A DNA stretch of 64,000 bases from assembly GCA_000004985.1 (NCBI GenBank), contig GG738894.1; one strand, given 5' to 3'. Source of the DNA: Naegleria gruberi. Lineage: Eukaryota. Under the pieces are notes generated by a model. The model had not been told where the DNA came from and searched no databases. It saw only the letters and a program-made list of their open reading frames with translations. Shown here piece by piece: positions 48,832 through 59,764 of the stretch (the first letter of the stretch is position 1; each line of letters starts with the position of its first letter). A program made the position numbers and the translations under genes.

Positions 48832-51024
48832 ATGATAAGGAAGAACTCTAATTTATCATCATCATCATCTTCATGGCTATGCATTAGCATGTTGATCATG
48901 ATGCTAACTCTCGTATTCACCTCTCAACATGTCCTCTCACTCATGAACACAACCACAGTTGTCAGTGGTGAATATCCTGCCTCTGTACAGACAGGCACGA
49001 TGAATATCTATTGGAAGTTCCATAATAAGGTTACAGGCTTGCTTCAAGATGACGATCTTATTGAAATTGCAATTGTTGCCAAGACAAAGGGTTGGTTGGC
49101 TATTGGTTTGGATTTTAACAAGACTGGTATGACACAAGCTGATTGTTACATTGGTTTTTATGATCAGACAAATTCAAGACCAGTTCTCTATGATTTTTGG
49201 TTACCTGGAAAGTCAATTCCAAAGAATGATTCACTTTTTTTAGGTCAAGATGACATTTTACAATTGACTGGTTCATTAAAAGATGGAACCACTACTTTGA
49301 AATTCTTGAGAAAGATTGATACTGGTGATATTCATGCTGATCACCCAATTAGAAATAGAACTATTGGTGTTAGTTATGCTTTCAATATTAACACAATTGA
49401 TGTCACTCAGAAACACACTACTCATGGCGATTTTTTCATTAATTTCGTCACACAAAAAGGTGCATTGAATTTGGCACCTGCTCCATTGATTCAATTCCAC
49501 ATTATTGCAACTGCATCTGTTGCCATTTTGATGGCTGCTATTGGTTTGTCTTATACTTTCATTTCAATGAAGGAGAAGAATCGTGTAATTAGTTTAGTTT
49601 TCCACACCAAGTTTACAGGTTTGATCAAGAACCCAATTCTCGGTTCCATTTTCAATCCAATTTTGGAGTTGACCATTGGTGAAATTACTCTCATCTTGTT
49701 CCATCTCATGCTTACTGCTGTGTGGTTCTGTTTTGGATTTTTCAACAGTACTTCAGCAAACGTTGGTAAAGGATTTGCCTATGCCATTATTATCAATTTG
49801 ACTGCTACCATCTTGCCAATTACTAGATATTCTGCATTTGTCTTTGTTTTTGGTATTTCATTTGAAAGAGCTGTCAAGTATCACAAATGGGTTGCTAGAT
49901 TAACTCTTCTTATTGCTACTATTCACGGTATTTTGATGACTGTTCACTTGGCAGACAATGGAAGTCTTGGTAACATTCTTACTGCATCAGCAAATGATTA
50001 CATCTTATTTGGATTAATTGCTTGGATTGCCATGGTCATTATGACTATCTTTGCTTTGGAACCAATTCGTAGAAAGTTCTGGGAATTGTTCAAGGTAATT
50101 CACATTATTCTTGCCCCAGTTGTCCTCGTCATGTCTTCAATCCACGCCAAAGGTTGGGAAAGAACTCTCCCAGTTCTTGGTATTGCCATGGGTTTATTAG
50201 TTATTGATCATTTGCTCAGAATTATCTTTGGTTATATCATGCCAACTAAGGTTATCAAGATGGAATATGAGGAAAAGACTGGAATTACTACAATGGTATT
50301 TGAAAAGCCAACTATTAGTATGTGGTATATGGAAAGTTTGGGAATGGGCAAGTTTGTCTATGTCTACATTCCAGGTGTTAGTTTCTTCCAATCTCATCCA
50401 TTCACTATCAGTAGTTATTCTAAATTAGATAGTTCTATTGAATTCACATGTCATGTTAAGAATTTAGGAAGGGGTTGGACAAAGAAATTGGCAGATTTTG
50501 CCATGAAGAGAAAATACTCTGCTGCCTCAATCTTTGCCAGAGTTGAAGGTCCATACGGTAAATTATCAGTTGATTTGAATACCTATTCTACTGTTGTATT
50601 GATTGCTGGTGGTATTGGTGTTACTCCAATTAATGCAATCTACAATGAAATTACAAGTAATAAGGTTAATGCTTCCAAGCAAAATATCTATGTTTTGTGG
50701 ACCATGAAGGATGAACACATGATACAATTATTCCCTAATTTGACTCAACCATCTTCTCAAGTCAAACAAAGCTTTTATATTACTGGTGAAAATCATAAGC
50801 AAGTTAACGAATCAGATACCAGCTATCAATATCATTACAATATGAGACCAAACTTTGGTAAATTCTTCCACATGGTTTCTGAAACTGTTGGATCAGATAA
50901 TAGTGTTGCTGTAGTTGTTTGTGGACCAACTCAAATGAATGTTGATGTTTATAATGCTGCAAGAAGAGTTGGAAGGGAAGAGAGAGTTAATTTCCATGTT
51001 CACAGAGAAACCTTTGAATTGTAA
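48832..51024 (+). CDS. DOMON domain + ferric reductase/NADPH-oxidase-type transmembrane flavocytochrome
   Basis: 730 aa. Signal peptide, then a DOMON-like beta-sandwich (YWKFHNKVTGLL...IEIAIVAKTKGWLAIGLDFNKTGMTQADCYIGFY...TTTLKFLRKIDTGD). After that comes a ferric-reductase TM domain with heme-His motifs (HKWVARLTLLIATIHGIL; ...VIHIILAPVVLVMSSIHAK), the FAD-binding HPFTISS and the NAD(P)-binding motifs GPYG and IAGGIGVTP. Confidence 0.8.
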   Translation: MIRKNSNLSSSSSSWLCISMLIMMLTLVFTSQHVLSLMNTTTVVSGEYPASVQTGTMNIYWKFHNKVTGLLQDDDLIEIAIVAKTKGWLAIGLDFNKTGMTQADCYIGFYDQTNSRPVLYDFWLPGKSIPKNDSLFLGQDDILQLTGSLKDGTTTLKFLRKIDTGDIHADHPIRNRTIGVSYAFNINTIDVTQKHTTHGDFFINFVTQKGALNLAPAPLIQFHIIATASVAILMAAIGLSYTFISMKEKNRVISLVFHTKFTGLIKNPILGSIFNPILELTIGEITLILFHLMLTAVWFCFGFFNSTSANVGKGFAYAIIINLTATILPITRYSAFVFVFGISFERAVKYHKWVARLTLLIATIHGILMTVHLADNGSLGNILTASANDYILFGLIAWIAMVIMTIFALEPIRRKFWELFKVIHIILAPVVLVMSSIHAKGWERTLPVLGIAMGLLVIDHLLRIIFGYIMPTKVIKMEYEEKTGITTMVFEKPTISMWYMESLGMGKFVYVYIPGVSFFQSHPFTISSYSKLDSSIEFTCHVKNLGRGWTKKLADFAMKRKYSAASIFARVEGPYGKLSVDLNTYSTVVLIAGGIGVTPINAIYNEITSNKVNASKQNIYVLWTMKDEHMIQLFPNLTQPSSQVKQSFYITGENHKQVNESDTSYQYHYNMRPNFGKFFHMVSETVGSDNSVAVVVCGPTQMNVDVYNAARRVGREERVNFHVHRETFEL

Positions 51025-51082
51025 AAAGTCTTTCAACTTGAAATAAATTCCTATTTTATTCGAATACGAATGATTTATTTTT

Positions 51083-54000
51083 TTACCAATAGGCAGTAGT
51101 TACAGAGCTTACCATGACAGGATAACCAATTGGCACGTCCATACATGAATTGCAAATATTTCTCAATGTATAGGTCATGTTCTGAATGGATCCTCTTTCA
51201 GCTTCCTCAACACCCAAATATAAAAGTTCGTGTTGTTGAGAGGACCACAGGGCTCTGACACCCTCTCTATTCATCTTGACAATATTAAACTCGATATCTC
51301 TCATAGACAACATGAGAATATAATAATCAACACCACCCTTATCCTGAACCTTCTTACGAAGAGAGAATAATTCTGCAGCTTCCTCAGCCATAATACTTTC
51401 TCTCCATTTTGGATCTGATTCGTGTGTAATGACCATATCATACTTGATAAGGGTAGAGACAACATCTGGCAGATCTACATCTTCAGCTGCGAACTTGGAT
51501 TGATACAATGATAGAGACATACCAATAGCTGGCTTGATACAATGATCAAGAATGGACAAATCTCCAAAGACCCATTCATCATTGGTACTTGTAATTCTGT
51601 AATCACCAACAAACAATTGGTGAACTTTTTGAATGAAAGTTCTCAATGAATTGGCAGAGTTGCTTCCATCGAATGAGGCAAGAGCTCTTCTGGCTGTCAA
51701 ACTGGCAAGATAGGCCAATTTTTGAATATTGAGCTTCTTATTTTCATCATAATTACTATTCTTCTCCTTCATTCTCTCATCAATAAAGTAATCAATGAAA
51801 GGTGTATAGATTTGGACAAACTTTTTAAACGAAACACCTCCCAAACCAATTTCTGTGTCATAATCTGGATCAAACTTTTCAGAAAACATTGGATCAAAAT
51901 CTGCCTTTCTATCAGTAATTCTAGTGAAAGCTTCAAGGAATGGGGAAGCATCACCAATCCAAGAATCCAATTGTTGAGCATGAATAACATAGAATAGAAC
52001 TGCTCTCACATAGAGAACAATCACTTCCTTTCTTTCATCATTGGAAGACATTAAATTTTCAACCTTATTTTCCAACATGTTATAGGTCCTCAATTTGACT
52101 CCAGTTTGAATAACTTGCCAAGTGTGCATTCTCAATGTGATCATATCCTTGGCAGAGAGAAGGGAAACCTTTGGAGCTCCTGGGAAGCAAGGCTCCTCAC
52201 ATGCAGAAAATCCAGGCATTCCCTCTTGATCTCTATTGATACGAGAGAGAATGGCACGTTGTTCTTCTTCCTGACAAATTGTTCCCTTAAATTCGAGACC
52301 TCTAATTTGATAGGACACTACACCATTACCAACTTCAATAATGTGAACAATGGCTGTCAAGTTATCATTAATAAACATGAAAATATCACCTTGTTCAAAT
52401 GGTCCTAATTGTCCCTTTCTCATAATTTCAGACATTCTAGTTCTGAGAGCATTGACCAAATGTTCATAAAAGATGGAATTCAAATTGTTGGTAGTATGTT
52501 GATCCATGGCACCTCCACCAAGTGTTTGACCAAGAGTTTGATTAGAAACATCTCTTCTCTTGGATCTATAGTCCTTCTCCCAGAATTTGGCTCCTCTACT
52601 ATAGCCCAGGAACCACAATGCACCACCAATTAAAGGATACATTGGTGAATTGGAAAGAACTGAATAAATTAATTGGACAAAGAAGAATTGTGAGAATGGA
52701 ATACCTAGAGGTTGCATTACAATGTGGAATCCTGATGCCCAAGAAAGAGGAGTACTGTAAACAATGATAAAACCTAGTTTGAGGAAAATTTCCTTGAACT
52801 TTTGCATCACATAGGTAAAAACGAAAAAGTCAACCAATAAACCCTCTGAAATATTTGCAGCATCAACATGTGAAATAAGTACACTGAAGAAGAGAGCTGT
52901 AGTCAATCTACTTGGTTCAGCAAATGCACATCTAATGAGTTTGATGCCACAAATTGAAGCAATGGTGACAGAAATACCTGGCTTACATTTGGTATTCAAA
53001 TGGAGAACAGTTGAAGAAATTCCAGAAATGATAATGACAATGTGGAAGATCAACTCAATCCATTGTATGAAATAGTAAACAATTTCATACCAAAGCCATT
53101 TCTTATCACCAATAAATTTGAATGATTTTTGATTGTTGGCCAAAATTGGATGTCTGAAAAATGTGAATGGATGATGTTTTGTTAAATGTGGATAAATATA
53201 ATATAACATGAATCCAATAAATACGTTGAGAGCTGTCAAAACATAGAGAAGGTATGGATTACCTCTCTGGAATGCGTCCCACAATTGTGGAATTAAAACA
53301 ATTACAAAAATACCCAAAGCAATTGCAAAATCAATTGCAATTCTGGTTATTGGATTAACTCCAGAAATGTTCAAATCCAACTCTTGAGTCTTTCTCTTTC
53401 TAATTTCATCCTTTGATTTGGCACTTCTCAATTTCTTTGGAATGTAATTGTCCCAATAACCTCCAAATATGTCCTCAATAATTGAGGTGTAGAATCTGTG
53501 ATTGGATGGCATTCTACTCAATAAAAATCCAGCAGAAACCAACACGGCGCTGAAAATGGCAGAATAATAATCGCTCTGCCAAGTTGCATTGAAGGCACTT
53601 GTGTATCCAACTCCAATCAGAGTACCAATTGCAATAATGGCTCCAATAATTTGAATGACAACTCCTGTCAATGCGACAGCACCACTTGCTCCAAACAAGT
53701 GCATGTTAATTTGTTCACAACAAACAAAAACAAATGTTGCTGTCTGTGGCAATACACCAAATAAGAAAATTACAGGGAAACACATAATTATATACAATGC
53801 AATATCTCTTGCAGAAATAAATATAATACCAAAATGCAAATTTACACCATAAATTACAACTCTGATTTTTTAAAAGAAGAATTAAATCATTAAGAAGAAT
53901 ATTCCAATAAATTTGACAATTTCAACTTACATTGGCTCTGGAACTCGTGTTAAAACTCCACAAATCAAGGCAATAGTTCCAAAAAATAATACATAAAAAG

Positions 54001-55210
54001 CACGAGAATAGACAGTTCCCTTTGAGTAGTGGAATGGAGAATTGGCTTCAGGTTGAGGACTCTTCAACATGGAGAAGTGAGCTTGAGCAAGGGCGAGAAT
54101 CATGAAAACAATGCTTGCCCAATTTCTGTCCAAGAGTGCCATCAATCTCAACCCCATCCAAGCAACACCAAAAGCCATAAGAGGAGAACCAATCAATTCA
54201 AGTTTAGGATAAGAATCTCTATCAAATAAATATTCTAAAGTTCTACGGTCAAAGAATAAATTATAAACTTTTCCAAACATGACAATTTTGTAATTGTCAT
54301 CCATAACAGCACTGCTATTACCTGCTACTGCTGCAGGAGTAGTCAATTGTTGTTGAGAAACATTCACTGGATTAATGGCAGAAGCAGGTGGTGCATCATT
54401 ACTCGATGAAGCACGATTTCCACTATTATCAGAAGAGGATGGATTGGACTTTCCTTCCTTCTCTTTCATAATTCTATTATATTCATCGACATTGACTGCC
54501 ATTTCATACGAATGAACTTCTCCAAACTCATCAACGTATTCAAAGATGGCTGTTCTCATCTCTGGTTGTCCAGAATTTTCATCAGATGGTCCATCATATT
54601 GTGGAATGGATGGTGAGCTAGCTGCTGATGTCGATGGTGATGATGCTGGTGAATTGACTCTTGGTGATTCAACAGATTCCTTCTCTTCCACAGTGACAAT
54701 GACATCATCTGTCGAAGCAACTCCTCCATCATTATTCACAACAGCAGCATCCTTACTAGTTGTCGTTGATGAGGATGATGACGAAGAGGAGGATGAGGAA
54801 TCTCCATCATTATTCTCTCCATTCATTGCTCCATTCTCCTGTTGCTTCTTTTCCACATCATCTTGAACAATGACTAAATTATTGTCATTGTCATTATGAG
54901 CAGCAGCAGAAGAACCATTGTTATTACTATGATCATTATGATATTCAATGGTAGGTTCATCAGCAATGATTGGTTTGCTTTCATCAACGTTACTTGATAA
55001 AACACTTGTATTCATATTTGGAGCATTGTCTGCCTTGTTGTTGTCATTGGTTGTTGGAATGTTTCTGCCGACTAATCCTTTGGAGTGAGTATCAAAGTAG
55101 TGATGAAAGTAGGAATTGAATGATTTGATGGAGAGGAAGAAGAGAAAGATGATGGAAGCATAGATAATCTCGGCAAATAGATTTCCAAAGCCAAATACCT
55201 AATTATGTAT
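51083..55210 (-). CDS. Pecanex-like large multi-pass membrane protein (5' exons unresolved)
   Basis: ORF 51083..53839 (918 aa) joins ORF 53927..55015 through the intron 53840..53927 (GTAAGT...ATCAG, phase 2), which restores ...TRVPEP|I|VVIYGVNLHFG. The 55015 frame stays open for about 60 hydrophobic codons upstream of its Met, back to a TAG|GTATTTGG acceptor-like site near 55200, so further 5' exons are likely. There are 12 or more TM helices and a C-terminal globular region. The Pecanex assignment is from memory of family motifs and is tentative. Confidence 0.4.
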
Positions 55211-56262
55211 ATAATTAATATTTGTTGATGATGAAAATGATGATGATACAGGAAGGAAGAATATAGAGTTTGATTATTATCCATACACAATAGAGGGTAA
55301 TTGTTAAACAATTCGTCGTCAAATGATGAAAATTTTGTAGTACAAGACGAGTGGAGAATAATTTCGAATACAATTTGATGAAAATATTGATAGAAAGCAT
55401 GAACAATAAATGATCGGAATCAAAGGATCCATTCATGTTGTAAATTATCATTATCAATGATGATTCAGATCACAATTAAAATTCATGAACAAATGAATTT
55501 TAATAATTGTTGTTCAATTAGAGTTATTATTAATAGATGCATAATCAATAATGATGATGATATTAGTATAAATACAACAATATGATGATGGTGATGACTC
55601 CCAAAATTCATTTCAATCAACAACCTACCAATATGAAAAACAATGGAAATAATATAAAGAATGAATAAATTAGAAAATGGATCAGGTTCACAACAAAGTA
55701 TGCCGAATATTCATAGTACAATCCTCCTGTCAGAGTGTAGATGAATTGTCTCAGGAAGAATGCAAGTTGTGTCTTGACCATTTTTTATATGTGAATTGGA
55801 ACTTGTGAAGGAAGTTATGGCACTGAAGAATAACTTTGATGTTTGTCGTGGTTGTCAATTTGCGGATGTTTTAATTGGATAACCTTGTTTGTTTTTTAAA
55901 TAGTTGGTGGTGTTGTTTATTGATGAAAATTCAGTTCAAACATGAGAATGGATAACATGTCATAATGAGCAAATTAGATGATGAACAACATTGAAATTAT
56001 ATTGTTTGAAAGTGAGTTTTCACTTGGTCACCAAATTTCTCCAGTAACTTTAAATTAATTTGTATTTTATTATTTTGTGAATTTAAAACAATGAAATGTC
56101 AGTGAAAATTTTTGGAATTGAGGTCACTTATTAAGCATATCAAAATATTCACTTTATTTTGTAATTTAAATCAATCAGAAACAAATACATTCCTCATATT
56201 CAATCAGAATTCAACAAAAAATGACATCTCACCAGTACGACATTATCGACAAGGACAACAAC

Positions 56263-56559
56263 TTAAAAGCGACTCAACAACAATGGAAAATTAATCACAA
56301 AATACATCAAAGGTACGATATTTCCCAAAATTAAAGTTGGAAGCAACCATGCCAAAGTCACAACCAAAGAACCTTCATTAAGATAAATAATAAAATTGAA
56401 AAGCAACAATCCAATATACAAATCCATCACAACTTGCCTTCCCCATTGTAAACTCATTACTGTTTTAAAAGAGCGCCAAAAAGATTCGACTCTACAGGCA
56501 TGGAGGGTGAACATGGAAAATCCCAATAGTATCAACAAGGCAATCCATTGAATCATCAC
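56263..56559 (-). CDS. small three-TM membrane protein (98 aa), hypothetical
   Basis: ATG at 56559. Three hydrophobic helices. The overlapping upstream ORF 56492..56917 is N-rich and probably non-coding. Confidence 0.3.
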   Translation of the reverse strand: MMIQWIALLILLGFSMFTLHACRVESFWRSFKTVMSLQWGRQVVMDLYIGLLLFNFIIYLNEGSLVVTLAWLLPTLILGNIVPLMYFVINFPLLLSRF

Positions 56560-57667
56560 GTGGGATTGTGTAGTGCTTTTTTTTGTTAATTTTCAGTTTG
56601 ATATTTCTGTTGGAAAGATTATAATGAGTGATATATGTCTGAATAACATCAAATTGAAGAGGCCACTGAAAAATTATTGTGTTGACAAGGAGGTTTCGTT
56701 CAAAATAAAGGAGTTTGTTTATTACTAAACAAGTATTACTTGAATTGCAGCCGATTGTGAATTGTTTACTATTAGTAAGGTTAATGAGGCTGAAACAAGT
56801 TTCCAGGTTGACTGGGAACGTTGGCAAGATCCCAAGCTGTTTGATAACAATCAGTGCTTGGTTTGATTCTGTATCCTCGTTTATCTTTGAGATCAGTAGA
56901 AGTGTTCCAAGTAACAACTACCGACATAATGCGAAGGTGCAGTAGATATCATTGCACCAGTCAGTCAAGGATTATTTTCTAAGGCCTTCTGTGATGGCTC
57001 CAATGAGTGGAAAATTTCACTAAATTTCATTTTATAAATTTAGCTTAATTAAAATTCACATTAACCCAAATTACACAATTATATCACTAATTGCCTGCAA
57101 GTAACTATGTAATATGGCTTACAAGCTGAAATACAATACAGTTGATGATTGTGTAGTTATTGTCCAATGATAGTGTAGAATCCCAGGCCTTGGTTGTTTG
57201 AATCCTTGTTCATTCTCCGTAAACTACATTACTACTCAAATATAATAACTATTATTTCTTCTCGTTGTTGTTGGTGTATTAGCATTAGCCAAACACCATA
57301 TTGTTGTTCATCAATTCTACTTTTCGTGTTTACACCATGTTGATGAAGTAAAATATATATTCACGATGAGAAAATAAGGTTTGTTTTCCAAATTTTAAAA
57401 ACGTATTTTCTATCAAAGTAACTTTTGTCTATATTCCGTATAACATCTTGTATTAAAATATAATATTAATTTTAAAATTCATAGAAAACCATGATGAGGA
57501 CAGAGGAAGGATGAAGGGAAAATTAGCACTTGAATGAGAGACTGTACTGTTGCTTCCAAATTTTTATGTATTGCTTTAAAATTTGGCTCCAAATTTTTTA
57601 TTGTAAAAAGCTAATAGTCTCGTTGACAAAAATTATTTAGAATTTTGTTGAAAAAAAAACTCACAAG

Positions 57668-57823
57668 ATGCCAGCCAATAAGACTTTGACAAAGAAGATC
57701 AAGCTCGCCAAGAAGATGAAGCAAAACAGACCAATTCCATATTGGATCCGTTTCAGAACTGGTAACACCATCAGATATAACGCTAAGAGAAGACACTGGA
57801 GAAGAACCAAGTTGAACTTGTAA
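57668..57823 (+). CDS. RPL39: 60S ribosomal protein L39 (eL39)
   Basis: 51 aa, [51 protein letters not shown], near-identical to eL39 across eukaryotes. Intronless here. Confidence 0.9.
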   Translation: MPANKTLTKKIKLAKKMKQNRPIPYWIRFRTGNTIRYNAKRRHWRRTKLNL

Positions 57824-58149
57824 ATTTAGTTTTCTGCTTTACCAATAAACTTTATTTAAATTTAAAAAGTAGAGCCTTTTTAATAGTAGAACATCAACAA
57901 CAACATCAGCTACAACAATTACTAGTATGGTCTATTTACTGTGATAGAGTACTTCATTCTAGTATCTTCCAAACCTTCTTATCTGTGTCGTTTTTGCATC
58001 ATTATTTTATTTGGTAGGAGCCAACAAGGCTTATTATCTCTTATGATGTTATGAACATTAACTCCCAACAACACAAATTCTTACACTCAACACATCATGC
58101 TTAGGTACCCACCTAATTATCATGAAATAACAATGAACACAAGCAAAAA

Positions 58150-59652
58150 ATGTCTCAAGACGAATTAACAACCATATCTTCCTACACTCCATCTCCAAAT
58201 TCTGAGATGGATGTCTGTGATAATCCACTCTCCACTCGTTATGCTAGCAAGGAAATGACCTTTAACTTTTCTCCAAAGAAGAAATTCTCTACGTGGCGTG
58301 AGTTGTGGTATGCTCTTGCTATTGAAGAACAAACTCTCGGATTGGAACAAATCACTCAAGAACAATTGAAGGAAATGAGAGAACATTTGGTGATTCAAGA
58401 TGAGGAGATTACTCTTGCTGCCAATTATGAAAAAAAGTTTAGACATGATGTAATGTCTCATGTTCATGCCTTTGGAGATGTTTGTCCGAGTGCTAGACCA
58501 ATTATTCACTTGGGAGCTACTAGTTGTTATGTTGGTGATAATACTGATCTTATTCAAATGAGAGATGGTATGAAGATTATTCAATCGAAATTGTTGCGTG
58601 TCATGCAGTTAATGAAGAGTTTTTGTTTAAAGTATAAGGATTTACCATGTTTGGGATTTACTCATTTCCAACCTGCTCAATTGACTACTGTTGGAAAGAG
58701 AGCTACTTTGTGGTTGCAAGATTTCTTACTCGATCACGAACAATTAATTCACCAATTGGAAAATTTACCTTTCAGAGGTGTTAAGGGTACAACTGGTACT
58801 CAAGGATCTTTCCTCCATTTATTCAATGGAGATCATGAAAAGGTTAAGGAATTGGATAGAAAAGTTACCAAGAGAATGGGTTTCTCCAAATCTATTCCAG
58901 TAAGTGGACAAACCTATACAAGAAAGATTGATTTCCAAGTTTTGAGTGTCTTGTCTCAAATCAGTCAATCTGCTCACAAGTTTGCCACTGATATTCGTCT
59001 CTTGATGAGTATGAAGGAAATTGATGAACCATTCGAAAAGAATCAAATTGGTTCAAGTGCTATGGCCTATAAGAGAAATCCAATGAGATGTGAAAGAATT
59101 TGCTCACTGAGTAGATTTGTCATGTCACTCCTCTCCAACACTGCTCACACTCACGCCAATCAATGGTTTGAAAGAACTCTTGATGATAGTGCCAATAGAA
59201 GATTATCCATTGCTCAAGCTTTCCTTGGTGTTGATGGTATTTTGAATATTGTTGCCAATGTTTGTGATGGTTTGGTTGTTTGGCCTTTGGTCATTGAAAA
59301 ACATACTATGGCTGAACTTCCATTCATGGCCACTGAAAATATCTTGATGGCTGCTGTTAAGGCAGGAGGTGATAGACAAGTTTTGCATGAAGTGATCAGA
59401 GTTCACTCATTGGAAGCTGCTAGACGTGTCAAGGAAGAGGGCGCTGAGAATGATTTGTTTACCAGATTGGTCAATGATGAGGCATTCAAATCAGTCATCT
59501 CTGTAGATAAGATTAAGGAAATGATGGATGCCAAGTTGTACATTGGACGATCAAATGTGCAAACTGAAGAATTTATTGGGAATGAAATTGATCCAGTTTT
59601 GAATGAATATAAGGATTTGATTCCAACCCAAGATTATCAACTCAAAGTTTAA
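58150..59652 (+). CDS. ADSL: adenylosuccinate lyase (purine biosynthesis)
   Basis: 500 aa, colinear with human ADSL: RYASKEMTFNFS...TWRELW, RHDVMSHVHAFG, IHLGATSCYVGDNTDLI, LGFTHFQPAQLTTVGKR, RGVKGTTGTQGSF, SGQTYTRK, GSSAMAYKRNPMR, WFERTLDDSANRR, ELPFMATENILMA. Confidence 0.95.
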   Translation: MSQDELTTISSYTPSPNSEMDVCDNPLSTRYASKEMTFNFSPKKKFSTWRELWYALAIEEQTLGLEQITQEQLKEMREHLVIQDEEITLAANYEKKFRHDVMSHVHAFGDVCPSARPIIHLGATSCYVGDNTDLIQMRDGMKIIQSKLLRVMQLMKSFCLKYKDLPCLGFTHFQPAQLTTVGKRATLWLQDFLLDHEQLIHQLENLPFRGVKGTTGTQGSFLHLFNGDHEKVKELDRKVTKRMGFSKSIPVSGQTYTRKIDFQVLSVLSQISQSAHKFATDIRLLMSMKEIDEPFEKNQIGSSAMAYKRNPMRCERICSLSRFVMSLLSNTAHTHANQWFERTLDDSANRRLSIAQAFLGVDGILNIVANVCDGLVVWPLVIEKHTMAELPFMATENILMAAVKAGGDRQVLHEVIRVHSLEAARRVKEEGAENDLFTRLVNDEAFKSVISVDKIKEMMDAKLYIGRSNVQTEEFIGNEIDPVLNEYKDLIPTQDYQLKV

Positions 59653-59764
59653 TTTTAACAATTTTGTAAATAGGAAGATAAAGTGATTTTTAAATTATTT
59701 CTCTATTCTTTAGTTACTTAAATAAGAATATCATATTTTAAAGAAGATTACTAGTTCAAGCTTT

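Noticed and set aside
56492-56917. A 141-aa N-rich ORF overlapping the start of the small membrane protein gene.
   Set aside because: It is in a different frame, has Asn/Ile-rich composition typical of translated AT-rich non-coding DNA, and no start context.
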